Shown piece by piece: positions 29,195 to 38,516 of a stretch of 64,000 nt of DNA (within the stretch, counting starts at the first letter, position 1; each line of letters starts with the position of its first letter). The position numbers and the translations under genes were made by a program. The DNA is from Sphingomonas sp. (GTDB lineage Bacteria; Pseudomonadota; Alphaproteobacteria; Sphingomonadales; Sphingomonadaceae). Below the pieces are notes generated by a model. That model searched no databases. It had not been told where the DNA came from and saw only the letters and a program-made list of their open reading frames with translations. The stretch is from contig NZ_JBCNMA010000005.1 in the NCBI RefSeq assembly GCF_039595165.1, positions 963-64,962 on the forward strand, written 5' to 3'.

Positions 29195-32100
29195 TCAGAA
29201 GGCGACCCTGAAAACCCCGGTGACCGCATGGTCTACGCCGCCGTCGCCGAGGACGCCGCCATAGCCCAAGCCGAACCCGATGCGGGGCGACAGCCGCCAG
29301 CGCGTCTCGAGGCGGGCCACCGCAGCGTGCTCCGACTGTGCGGCGCCCAGGACTTCAAAGACGTCGCCGCCGTCGAACCGGTGCCGGCCGACCGGATCGA
29401 TATCGCCCCAGTTCCGCTGCCAGCCCGCCATGCCGCGTACCGAGAAGGGGCCGCTCAGGCTGGTCTCGAACCGCAGACCCAAAGTCGAGATCACCGCGTC
29501 CTCGTTGATCCGTTCGCCGGACAGGGCGGCATCCCCGCCCTTCTCGACGAAGGCGTCGCTCTGGGCGCGGACCGCCGCAACGCTGGCGAAGGGTTCGACC
29601 CAGCCGCCGCTCACGGATACACGGTAACCGGCTTCGAGGAAGCCTTGCAGCACCGACCCGTCATACTTCGCCTCGACCGTGTCCTGGATCCCCGGGAAGG
29701 CGATCGAACGCTTGGTCTCCGTCACGGTCCGGGCGTAACCCAGCCCGGCTGAAATCCGCCAGGCGCCCAGATTCACGCCTCCATAGACCACGCCGTGGAT
29801 GCTCTCGACTTCGCCTCTGCTGGCGCGCCGGTCGATCCGGACTTCGGACTTCAGCACGCCTATGGCAGCGCCTATGGTCGCCGTTCCGCCGACCGAGCGG
29901 TCCAGACCCACCATCATGCCGCGCCCGTCGCGGTCGCCGCGAGCGGCATTGGAGTTTCCATCGCTGACGCCACCGCCTTCGAACGCGCGAGTCCAGATCG
30001 AACCCGATCCGTCCGCGTCGGCCAACCGGTCCAGCACCGCGTCGCGCGGAAAGCGGCTGTCCTCCACCAACGCCGTGCGGACGGTCGCATGGACCTCTCC
30101 GGACAGTTGATCGAACGCGTCGCGAGCGACCTCATCCGACGGCAGCAGCAACAGGGCGTCCTTGAGGGGATTGCCGGTCGGGAGGCTGTCTGCGCCGCCG
30201 GCGGCGGCCTTCTGGTTCGGCGTCAGCCCCGCCTCAGCGAGCGCCCGCAGCTGGCCGAACTCCACATAGGCCTGGGTCGCCGTGTAGCCGTCGCGCAGGC
30301 CCGCGAAGGCGGTCAGATAGACGTCGTCGAAGTCAAAGCGGCCAGTCACGCCCTGTTCTGCCTCGGCGACCACATAGCGATGGTGAAGCGTCAACGCGCC
30401 GACTTGGTTGAGCGCCAGTTTGGAGCCGGTCTGGATCTCCAGCGTCCCTTCGGTGCGGAAGACGTCGGAAGCCACGCCGCCGAAATCGATACCAAGGGTC
30501 GAGCCCGCCCGGAACACCGAGGCCGCCGGGGTCAGCAGCGTGTCGCCGGCGCCGCCGTCGATCAACCAGAGGGAGCCCCCGTTGTCGAAACGCTCGAGCC
30601 CGGTCCAGCGTGTGGTTTCCCCCGTGAACGCGTCGCCCGCCGCGAAGATCAGGCCGCCCGCGAGATTCGTCACTTGGTCGTCGGCGCCAGAGAACAGGCT
30701 CTCGCCGTTGCTGCTGTTCCAGACGTCGGCGTTGCGCAGCAGAACGCTGTCACCCCAGAGCTCGACCGTCCCAAGCAGGACGCCGGCGTTCTCGAACGTG
30801 ATCGCTCCGCCCGAAGCCCGCACCGCCCGGGCGGTCGGCAGATCCTGATCGCCGCGGATGCTGCCGAAGTTGCCGATGACGATGTCGCCGCCGGTGAGGG
30901 ACGAGACGTTGATGCCCGCGTCGGCACCCTGGGCCAGCCCGTGCGTGGTGATGCTGGTCAGACCCGTGCCCTGGTTCAGGGCGGAGATTCCGTTTGCGGC
31001 ACCCACGGCGTGCATGGCTTCGATGACGAGGTCGCCGGCGTCCTGGCCGTTGTTGACGGCGACACCGTCCTGCTGATTGCCGACCACCCAGCCAGTCGAA
31101 CGGACGACGGTGTCGCCGCCGCCGAAGTTGTTTACCGCAATGCCGTTCTGGCCGCCGGTCACCGCTGAAGCGGTCACCGTCACGCCGGTCCCCTGAGCGC
31201 CCGCATGGACACGGACGCCATCCCCGCCGGTACCGATCACCGAGGCCGACGTGTTGACCGTGACGACGCCGGTCCCGGTATGGCTCGCCGACACGCCGTT
31301 GTCGCCGGCCATCACCGTATCGACATCGATGCGCAGGCTCTGGCCGAGCTGGCTGTTCGAGACGCTGACGCCATCGCCCTGAACCGCGGCCACAACGCCT
31401 TCGGCGATTACCTGGGTCTCGCCAGTCCCTCCATTGTCGACGCTGATGCCCGCCCCATTGGCCTGAACATTGCCGGTGAAGACCGTCAGGCCGCCCGCGG
31501 ACGCGCCATTGTCCACGCTCAGGGCCGTGCCTTCGGAAACCAGATCGCCCGTCCGGATGAAGGTGTTGGAGCCGCCGTTGTTGATCGCGACGATCGCCGC
31601 ATCCATGCCCGACACATCGGCGACATCGATGAGCAATTCGCCCGAGCTGGCTTCGTTCTCGGCACGAATGCCGATCTCGTTCGAAAGGATGGGACCCGCA
31701 GCGCGGATGACGGTTCCTCCAAGGCCGGCGTTATCGACCCGGATTCCGTAGTCGCCGCCAGAAACCGCCTGCAGATCCAACGTGACGTATCCGGACGCGG
31801 GGCCGGCGTTCACCCAAACGCCATCCTCCAGTTCGCCGACAATATCGCCGGCGGCAACGACAGCGACTCCGCCAGAGCCGGAATGATCGACAAGCACACC
31901 CCAATCTTCACCGAAAACGTCCTGCGCCGCCGCAACGGTCACGCTGGCAGCTTGAACGCCGGTATTGACGCGGATTCCCGTACCGCCTTGGCTGACGATC
32001 GTTCCGTCGGCGCGGACATAGGCGGAACCGCTTCCCTCCTGCGAGACGCCGATGCCGCTGCCGGTGCCCGTCTGAACGCCTTGGGTCCAAACCGAAAGGT

Positions 32101-33229
32101 TCTGCGCCTGGACATCGTTGAAGGCATATACGCCACCCCCGCTTTCGGTGGTCACGCTGCCTTGTACCGTCACGGAGGTGGCGCCTGTACCCTGGTTCAC
32201 GGCCGAGATGCCGGTGCTGCCCGTCACGACGTCGCGGGTGATAATCGTGAGATTCCCGGCCGTCACGTCATTGCTCATCTGCAAGCCCGTGCTTTCCGAG
32301 AACACGTCGCGGGTCCGGATGAAAGTGTCGGACACGCCGTAATTGTTGCCGAAGAAGGCGGCATCGACGCCGCTGATGTCGGCGACGTCGACGAACATCT
32401 CGCCAGAGCCCACGTCGTTCGTCGCCCGAATGCCGAGGACACCCGAGATCGGGCCCGTCGCGCGGATGAAGGTGGCCCCGGAGCCGCGATTGATGACGTT
32501 GACGCCGCGGCCGGAGGCAGTGACGCTTTTCAGATCCAGCGAGATATCGCCGGTGGAAGCCAGGCCGGTGTTGACCACCACGCCCCGGGCGCTGACGCTG
32601 GTCACATCGCCCGTCGCGATCAGGCTCACGCCGCCCGGACCGTCCTGGTTGATCTCGATCCCGCCATCCTGCGCATAGACCGACGAGAGCAACAGGTTGA
32701 CGTCGCCCGTGCCGGTGACGCGAACGCCCTCGCCACTCGAGTTGTTGATATGGCCATTCCAGGTGACGTTGATGTCGCCGCCATTCAAGGTCGCGAGGCC
32801 CAGGCCCTGCAATCCGAGATCGGAATCGATCTCACCGTTCGACACGATGGTGAGGTCGCCGGTGCCGGAGGTGAAATAGGCGCCGCCGCCGGCCAGACGC
32901 GACCCCTCGATGTCGATGTAGCTGACCGTATCCTGGCCGTTCACCTCGAAGCTGGGTCCGCCGCCGTTCGAGATGGTGTCGACCGTGAAGCCGGGTGTGG
33001 TCGTGATCGAAACGGTCGGTCGATTTATCGTCTGGGTCGAGTCCAGCGATCCCGAGCAGGTGAAAACATTCGCCGGGTTCTCGACGCACTGGGCCTTGGC
33101 GGGAGAAGCCAGGCCCACGAGGCTCATCGAGCCGACCATCAGCGCGAGGCCGGACACAGTGCGATGCAAAGTCGAAGCGCGCCGGCGGCGCGATACAGGG
33201 GCAAGCGAATGAGAAAGCAGCGAAGCCAT
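29195..33229 (-). CDS. Autotransporter (type Va) with a long repetitive beta-helical passenger
   Basis: 1344 aa. Signal peptide ...LVGLASPAKAQ. Gly/Thr/Val/Asn-rich passenger. C-terminal beta-barrel translocator (...GLGYARTVTETKRS...RLETRWRLSPRIGFGLGYGG...VTGVFRVAF) with terminal Phe. Confidence 0.9.
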   Translation of the reverse strand: MASLLSHSLAPVSRRRRASTLHRTVSGLALMVGSMSLVGLASPAKAQCVENPANVFTCSGSLDSTQTINRPTVSITTTPGFTVDTISNGGGPSFEVNGQDTVSYIDIEGSRLAGGGAYFTSGTGDLTIVSNGEIDSDLGLQGLGLATLNGGDINVTWNGHINNSSGEGVRVTGTGDVNLLLSSVYAQDGGIEINQDGPGGVSLIATGDVTSVSARGVVVNTGLASTGDISLDLKSVTASGRGVNVINRGSGATFIRATGPISGVLGIRATNDVGSGEMFVDVADISGVDAAFFGNNYGVSDTFIRTRDVFSESTGLQMSNDVTAGNLTIITRDVVTGSTGISAVNQGTGATSVTVQGSVTTESGGGVYAFNDVQAQNLSVWTQGVQTGTGSGIGVSQEGSGSAYVRADGTIVSQGGTGIRVNTGVQAASVTVAAAQDVFGEDWGVLVDHSGSGGVAVVAAGDIVGELEDGVWVNAGPASGYVTLDLQAVSGGDYGIRVDNAGLGGTVIRAAGPILSNEIGIRAENEASSGELLIDVADVSGMDAAIVAINNGGSNTFIRTGDLVSEGTALSVDNGASAGGLTVFTGNVQANGAGISVDNGGTGETQVIAEGVVAAVQGDGVSVSNSQLGQSLRIDVDTVMAGDNGVSASHTGTGVVTVNTSASVIGTGGDGVRVHAGAQGTGVTVTASAVTGGQNGIAVNNFGGGDTVVRSTGWVVGNQQDGVAVNNGQDAGDLVIEAMHAVGAANGISALNQGTGLTSITTHGLAQGADAGINVSSLTGGDIVIGNFGSIRGDQDLPTARAVRASGGAITFENAGVLLGTVELWGDSVLLRNADVWNSSNGESLFSGADDQVTNLAGGLIFAAGDAFTGETTRWTGLERFDNGGSLWLIDGGAGDTLLTPAASVFRAGSTLGIDFGGVASDVFRTEGTLEIQTGSKLALNQVGALTLHHRYVVAEAEQGVTGRFDFDDVYLTAFAGLRDGYTATQAYVEFGQLRALAEAGLTPNQKAAAGGADSLPTGNPLKDALLLLPSDEVARDAFDQLSGEVHATVRTALVEDSRFPRDAVLDRLADADGSGSIWTRAFEGGGVSDGNSNAARGDRDGRGMMVGLDRSVGGTATIGAAIGVLKSEVRIDRRASRGEVESIHGVVYGGVNLGAWRISAGLGYARTVTETKRSIAFPGIQDTVEAKYDGSVLQGFLEAGYRVSVSGGWVEPFASVAAVRAQSDAFVEKGGDAALSGERINEDAVISTLGLRFETSLSGPFSVRGMAGWQRNWGDIDPVGRHRFDGGDVFEVLGAAQSEHAAVARLETRWRLSPRIGFGLGYGGVLGDGGVDHAVTGVFRVAF
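31141..32662 (-). repeat. Internal tandem duplication of about 254 aa (about 760 nt) in the passenger domain
   Basis: Unit A (about aa 190-443) aligns by eye with unit B (about aa 443-697). Examples: LDLKSVTASGRGVNVINRGSGATFIRATGPISGVLGIRATNDVGSGEMFVDVADISGVDAA against LDLQAVSGGDYGIRVDNAGLGGTVIRAAGPILSNEIGIRAENEASSGELLIDVADVSGMDAA. Boundaries are approximate. Confidence 0.7.
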
Positions 33230-33385
33230 AATGGTGATCTTTCGTTCCTGATGGGGGGCGCCGCCCCGGCGCGATCAGGTTCGAAATTGCCACGAACACG
33301 GCGCTACGGCGGACGCGGCTCATGTTTAGGCAATCGCCGTTCCATGTAGAGTTGCACCGACCGTCACCGAACGACGCGGTTTCCA

Positions 33386-33398
33386 TGCAACCGTTGCA
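33386..33398. promoter_or_regulatory. Perfect palindrome TGCAAC-C-GTTGCA in the autotransporter / XRE divergent region
   Basis: 13-bp palindrome. The half-site GTTGCAC recurs at 33351-33357 and 33539-33545, and CTTGCAC at 33559-33565. A direct repeat GATACGTTC / GATACATTC sits at 33550-33558 and 33571-33579. Confidence 0.35.
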
Positions 33399-33746
33399 CG
33401 ACTTCCGGCACCATTCTCATGCGGTCTCGGGCCTGCTCGGCCATTTTGCGATGCGACAAAAGCAGGAGTCAGCTTGCTTTCGTGACGAACTGAGGATCCG
33501 GACGATGCATGCAACTCCGCATGCGCTGGTCCCTTCCTGTTGCACAGGCGATACGTTCCTTGCACGCAGTGATACATTCTTCGCGGTAATCGGCGGGATG
33601 CTTGCGTCGGGGTCGCCGAGTCGGCTCCAAGAGTTGCGGAGGCCATTGGCCGAGGTCGCAACCACCCGCCAACTCAGGCGCAAGGGACACTAGCCTTTTG
33701 CTCAAAGTCCAACTCCTGCCTTTCATGATCGTCGAGTGCGAGACAG

Positions 33747-34697
33747 ATGTCTGACGACTTCGCACAACGGCTTACGCTGGCGCTAAAGGCTCTTTCGATG
33801 AGCCGCGGCAGATTGGCCTCGGAAATGGGTGTCGATAAGTCGCTGGTCGGACGATGGGCATCGGGCAGCGTGCGGCCGTCCGCCCATAATCTGGAGCGGC
33901 TGACTCATTTCCTGGCGAAGAAGCGGCCCGGCCTGACGCTGCTGGACTGGGATCGCAGCTTGCCCGAGTTCGCGACGCTGTTTGGCGTGGCTGCCGTTGC
34001 CGAGGCCAAGGCAAGACACGGTACGGGGCTTTCCAGAGCGCTGCGAGAGATGGTGCGCAACGCGGTGGATGCGGACTTGACCGCCTATGAGGGCTTCTGG
34101 CGCACCACGCATGCCTCCGTGTTCCAACCCGGGTGCTTCTGCCAGCAACACGGGATTATCCGCATTGAGGACGATGAGTTGCACTTCGAGCTCGGCGCAG
34201 ATGGCATTCGCTACGGAGGGTCGATGTCCCCCGTGGAAGGTCAAGTGTTCGCCATCGCGAGCGACAGCGTGCGCCAAGTACCCTCATTTCTCATCTTGAA
34301 CGTCGTGCCCATGCCCAAGATTGTCTTGATGGACGGGATCTTGATCGCCGCCAGCAGCTCTCTGCGCATACCCTCCGCCTATTCGATCATCTTCGAGCGC
34401 GTTGCGGACCTCTCGGGACATCGAGCCGCCGATGAGGCGCATGCTGCGAACTTAATGCAACGGCCCGAGTTCGTGCACGACGACGACGTTGCAGAGGTGG
34501 TTCGACAACACTTGCTGCGCGACTTCGGCCCCAAGGCGGCCGACGAAGGCGGGGAGATGATGCTCACCGCTGCTCTGACGCCGCGGCTGGCGCAAATCAT
34601 GGCACTGTCCCGGATGGCTCAGGATTCACCTGTGAACGGCCTGTCGCTTGTTTCCTCGCAATCGGGGCTGCCTTCAGGGCAGCATCTCCAGGGCTGA
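33747..34697 (+). CDS. XRE-type HTH protein with an uncharacterised C-terminal domain of about 250 aa
   Basis: N-terminal HTH (RLTLALKALSMSRGRLASEMGVDKSLVGRWASGSVRPSAHNLERLTHFL). I do not recognise the remainder. GC is visibly lower than in the neighbouring genes. Confidence 0.7.
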   Translation: MSDDFAQRLTLALKALSMSRGRLASEMGVDKSLVGRWASGSVRPSAHNLERLTHFLAKKRPGLTLLDWDRSLPEFATLFGVAAVAEAKARHGTGLSRALREMVRNAVDADLTAYEGFWRTTHASVFQPGCFCQQHGIIRIEDDELHFELGADGIRYGGSMSPVEGQVFAIASDSVRQVPSFLILNVVPMPKIVLMDGILIAASSSLRIPSAYSIIFERVADLSGHRAADEAHAANLMQRPEFVHDDDVAEVVRQHLLRDFGPKAADEGGEMMLTAALTPRLAQIMALSRMAQDSPVNGLSLVSSQSGLPSGQHLQG

Positions 34698-34865
34698 GCG
34701 ATTTGCGAGTTGGCTGACGGCTAGGCGCTCTAATTCCGGCCATTCAGTCTCGATGCTGGCGATCGCGAAAGCCGACATTTGTGCAGGCAGCGACCCACCG
34801 GCAAGAATGCGTGGAAGCGCCAGTTCGCTTGCCGGTCATAGCGACGCAATTTTGTGCGGCGGCCT

Positions 34866-34880
34866 GTTACCATCCGTTAC
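34866..34880 (+). promoter_or_regulatory. Direct repeat GTTAC-N5-GTTAC (candidate OmpR-family response-regulator site)
   Basis: GTTACcatccGTTAC lies 45 bp upstream of ATG 34925. CATAGA follows 8 nt downstream. Same motif family as 38386-38430 and 41949-41974. Confidence 0.45.
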
Positions 34881-34924
34881 GCGAGGTTCATAGAACAGGC
34901 GACCAAGTCCGCTACCCGCGCCCT

Positions 34925-36232
34925 ATGGCACTCGATCCGAAGATCCTTCGTATCTCCGTCGTCGCGGCGATCCTGTCCCTTACCGCCTGCACAAATTCTG
35001 TTTACCCAGTGGGTCACAAGGGCGGAGCCGGCGCTTATGGTGCTGGATGGCCGGCCGTGCATGCCGACGCCGGCAACAGCGACTACCACTCGGGGCAGGG
35101 CGCGGCCAACCTGACGCTGGCCTGGTCGCGAACCTTCGACGGGATGATCAACCTGGGGCCTACAAGCGACGGCACCGGTCGCCTGTTCATCACGACCAGC
35201 GGTGCGGGCTGCCGCCTTCACGCGCTCGATCGGGCAACGGGCAGGTCGATCTGGTGTAGCGACGTGCTTGACAGGCTGGCAGTCGCCTCCTCGCCATTGA
35301 TCGATAGCACCGGCAATCTTTACCTTGGTGACGGTACGAAGATGCGCGCCTTCGACCGCCACGGCCGCGTGAGATGGCAAAAGGCAATCATCGGCGTGCC
35401 GCTTTCGGCACAGTTCACGCCAGCAGGAGACTTGCTCTTCATCACGCATGTGGGCGTGATCTATGTGCTCGACCGCTCCACCGGGAAAGCGGTCATCGCG
35501 CCGCATTCGATGGTCAACGCGCCGTCATTCAATCCCGCGGATGGCCTGGTCGCGTGCATGCGCGGGCTTGCCGAATGTCCGAGCGCGAACACGCCTGCCA
35601 TGGACATCCGGTCAGGCCGTTTCTACTTCACCTTCTGGGCGCCGAGCGCCGCCCGTTCAGGGGTTCGCGCAATGCGGATCACACGCGGTCTGCGTCCCGG
35701 CCTGATCGAGGAATGGACGAATGAAGGGCTGCCCGGTGGCAGTGCTTCGAGCCCCGATCTTTCAGCGGACGGCAAGCGTCTGTATCTAACCGACAATGAA
35801 GGGAGCCTGCACGCGCTCGACGCTGCGACCGGCAAATCCTTGTGGTCGGTGCCGATCGGATACCAGGCCGGGGGAAGCGTCTCATTGTCCCCCGAGGGCC
35901 TGATCCTGCCTGCCGGCGGGCGAGGGGCTGCGCTCATGGCCATTCGCGACCGCGGGGATCGCGGCGAGATCATCTGGCGCAAACCCGGCCTTCAGAATTT
36001 CGGGGTCGCCACGCAGGCGGCCGGATACCTTGCCTACCCTACCGTCAAGACCGGCAGAGGCACCGCCGATCTCATTGTGGTCGACACTCGAACCGGCGCC
36101 GAACTCGACCGCGAGCAGATCCCCGGAAAGCCGTATTTCACGGTCGGAACAACGATCGACCAGGACGGGACGGTGTATGTTCCGACGATCCGTGGTGCGC
36201 TTCACGCTTTCAGGCCGGCGGAATCCCGCTAG
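34925..36232 (+). CDS. PQQ-like (BamB-type) beta-propeller repeat lipoprotein
   Basis: Start at ATG 34925. Lipobox in MALDPKILRISVVAAILSLTAC. Repeated propeller blades (LHALDRATGRSIW, IYVLDRSTGKAV, LHALDAATGKSLW, IVVDTRTGAEL). The track ORF begins upstream at 34781. Confidence 0.75.
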   Translation: MALDPKILRISVVAAILSLTACTNSVYPVGHKGGAGAYGAGWPAVHADAGNSDYHSGQGAANLTLAWSRTFDGMINLGPTSDGTGRLFITTSGAGCRLHALDRATGRSIWCSDVLDRLAVASSPLIDSTGNLYLGDGTKMRAFDRHGRVRWQKAIIGVPLSAQFTPAGDLLFITHVGVIYVLDRSTGKAVIAPHSMVNAPSFNPADGLVACMRGLAECPSANTPAMDIRSGRFYFTFWAPSAARSGVRAMRITRGLRPGLIEEWTNEGLPGGSASSPDLSADGKRLYLTDNEGSLHALDAATGKSLWSVPIGYQAGGSVSLSPEGLILPAGGRGAALMAIRDRGDRGEIIWRKPGLQNFGVATQAAGYLAYPTVKTGRGTADLIVVDTRTGAELDREQIPGKPYFTVGTTIDQDGTVYVPTIRGALHAFRPAESR

Positions 36233-36248
36233 CTCCGGCCATTCAAAT

Positions 36249-37589
36249 TCAACCACCGGGCAATCGAACCAGCACGCGGAGGCCGCCCGTCGTGCGGTTC
36301 TCGATCTCGATTGCACCCCCATGGCTTGTCGCCAAGGCCTTCACAATCGACAGACCGAGGCCGACGCCGCCGCTGTGGCGGCCGCGGGACGGCTCGATAC
36401 GTTCAAACGGCGCAGTCAGCCGTGAGACGAGTTCGGAAGGCACACCCGGCCCGTTGTCGGTCACCGCGATCACCACGTCCTCACCTTCCCGACGGAGAGC
36501 GATGCGCGCTCGAGTGCCGTAGCGGATGGCGTTGTCGGTCAGATTGGCGAGAATCCGCCGAAAGGCGAGCGGTGCGCAACGGCAAAGGAGTGGTTCATCC
36601 CCCGCCGCAAGCCCGACATCGTCGCCGGCCTCGCGGCGCATCCGGACATAGTCGGCGGTCGCCGCCCTGGCATCGATGATGTCGGCGCCAGCTCCCTGCT
36701 TCGCTTCGGCGCGCGCGAACATCAGGATGTCATCGAGCAGCTGGCCCATCTCCTCGACGTCGCGGACCGCACGCTCGCGCTGGCCAGGGTCGGGAATATG
36801 ATCGGCGCGGAGCCGCAGCCGCGTCAGACAGGTGCGCAGGTCGTGCGCGATCGCGGCAAGCATCTGCGTGCGCTCGCCAACGAGACCGCCGATCCGCTGC
36901 TTCATCGAATTGAACGCCGCTGCGAGCGCCTGCACTTCGAGCGCGCCGCCAAGCTCGGCGTCAGGTGCGGCGACGTCGTCCCTGAAGGCTTCGGTCGCGC
37001 TGACCAGCTGGCGCACCGGCCGCACGACTTGCCAGAGCAGAGTGGCCAAAAGCGCCATGATGATCGCCGCGGCGACGAGCGCGACGGCAAAATAGCGCGA
37101 GGCAAGCACTTGGAGAACCAACGGGGCTCGCTCAACCGCCAGCACATGGCCATCCTCGAGTCCGACGAGCAACCGCACCGGCCCACGGCCCGTCTCGTCG
37201 AGCACGATCGAGGCGAGGAACCCGCCATCGCGCACCTGCAGCCGGAGCGGCCGGTCACCCAATGCCGCGGCATAACGACGGAACCTCGCCTCCAGGCGCG
37301 GCGCTGACCGCAGGTCGCCGTCAGTCACCTCATCGGGAAAGCGGTCCAGCAGCTCGGCGGTGATCGAGCCATTGCTTGCGGCGGCAACGACAAGCGGCCG
37401 CTCTGCGGGAGAAGCGTGCTCGACCGCCTCGGCGATCTCGCGCACGTCCTGCGGGTCGATGAGGCGAAGGACCATGGGGCGCCCGTCGGGCCACATCACC
37501 GCAGCGAGAATGGCGATCTGCAATGCGACGAGGCCGAGGAAGAACAGGGCTGCGACCCGGAACAACAAACTGTTGGCGAAGCGCCGCAT
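36249..37589 (-). CDS. Two-component sensor histidine kinase (2 TM, periplasmic loop, HAMP, HisKA, HATPase)
   Basis: H-box MLAAIAHDLRTCLTRL, N-box RRILANLTDNAIRYG, G-boxes VTDNGPGVP and GGVGLGLSIV. TM1 LFFLGLVALQIAILAAVMW, TM2 YFAVALVAAAIIMALLATLLW. Confidence 0.9.
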   Translation of the reverse strand: MRRFANSLLFRVAALFFLGLVALQIAILAAVMWPDGRPMVLRLIDPQDVREIAEAVEHASPAERPLVVAAASNGSITAELLDRFPDEVTDGDLRSAPRLEARFRRYAAALGDRPLRLQVRDGGFLASIVLDETGRGPVRLLVGLEDGHVLAVERAPLVLQVLASRYFAVALVAAAIIMALLATLLWQVVRPVRQLVSATEAFRDDVAAPDAELGGALEVQALAAAFNSMKQRIGGLVGERTQMLAAIAHDLRTCLTRLRLRADHIPDPGQRERAVRDVEEMGQLLDDILMFARAEAKQGAGADIIDARAATADYVRMRREAGDDVGLAAGDEPLLCRCAPLAFRRILANLTDNAIRYGTRARIALRREGEDVVIAVTDNGPGVPSELVSRLTAPFERIEPSRGRHSGGVGLGLSIVKALATSHGGAIEIENRTTGGLRVLVRLPGG

Positions 37590-37593
37590 GGAA

Positions 37594-38334
37594 TCAGCCG
37601 CTCACCCGGACGAGCGGCGCGAAGAGATAGCCGCCGCCGCGAACCGTCCTGATGATGGTCGGGGCTTTCGGATCGTCCTCGAGCTTGCGGCGCAACCGGC
37701 TCAACTGCACGTCGATCGTCCGGTCATAGGGCGCCGCGTCTCGTCCGCGCGTCCAATCCAGCAGCTGATCGCGCGTCAGCACACGCTGAGGATGGTCGAG
37801 TAGCGCAACGAGCAGATCGAACTCGCCTCCCGTCAGCTCGATGGCATGGCCCTGCGGATCGACGAGCTCGCGTGAACCGGCGTCGAGCTCCCATCCGGCG
37901 AATGCGTACCGACGTCCCGATACCGCTCGCGGGCGATGGGCATCGCGGGTTCGCCGAAGGACCGCGCGCACGCGCGCCACGAGTTCGCGCGGATTGAAGG
38001 GCTTGGGGAGATAGTCGTCCGCGCCGAATTCGAGGCCGAGGATGCGATCGATGTCGTCGCCCTTGGCCGTGACCATGATCACGGGGACGGGCACGGGCCC
38101 AGCCTGGAGCCGACGGCAGACCGACAGGCCGTCCTCTCCGGGCAGCATCAGGTCGAGCAGCACGAGATCGACCCGCCGTCGTGCCACGACCCGGTCAAGC
38201 TCCACCGCATCGTGGCAGAGTGCTACTTCGAAACCCTCTCGGACGAGCAGTTCGCCGACGAGCTCGGCGATTTCGACGTCATCCTCGACGACTGCGATGA
38301 AGTTTCGGACAGGCGTCGGGCTGACATCGGGCAT
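37594..38334 (-). CDS. OmpR/PhoB family response regulator
   Basis: Receiver (IAVVEDDVEIAELV...DLVLLDLMLPGEDG...VTAKG) and winged helix (LTGGEFDLLVALLDHPQRVLTRDQLL...IIRTVRGGGYLF). Stop lies 4 nt before the kinase start. Confidence 0.9.
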   Translation of the reverse strand: MPDVSPTPVRNFIAVVEDDVEIAELVGELLVREGFEVALCHDAVELDRVVARRRVDLVLLDLMLPGEDGLSVCRRLQAGPVPVPVIMVTAKGDDIDRILGLEFGADDYLPKPFNPRELVARVRAVLRRTRDAHRPRAVSGRRYAFAGWELDAGSRELVDPQGHAIELTGGEFDLLVALLDHPQRVLTRDQLLDWTRGRDAAPYDRTIDVQLSRLRRKLEDDPKAPTIIRTVRGGGYLFAPLVRVSG

Positions 38335-38385
38335 GGGATCGTGTGACCCTAGTTGGGGCGGCGCTTCAAGGCCGAACGGGCGCTT

Positions 38386-38430
38386 GTTACACTTCGTTGC
38401 CGTTCGTCACCGTCGTGACACCGCGAACTT
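38386..38430 (+). promoter_or_regulatory. Five 10-bp-phased direct repeats GTTAC/GTTGC/GTCAC/GTGAC/CTTAC
   Basis: Units start at 38386, 38396, 38406, 38415 and 38426, in the divergent spacer between the response regulator (start 38334, minus) and the RcnB-like gene (start 38517, plus). CATAGT follows 10 nt downstream. Confidence 0.45.
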
Positions 38431-38516
38431 ACCTGGCGCGCATAGTTTCCAGACGTCGAGCAGCGTGTCGGCGTTGCTCGAGCTGTCCCTGACGCTGGTT
38501 CAACGGAGAAAAGGTC

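Noticed and set aside
33270-33300. GGTTCGAAAT string resembling a tRNA T-loop
   Set aside because: The flanking bases cannot form a T-stem and no cloverleaf can be drawn, so it is not a tRNA.
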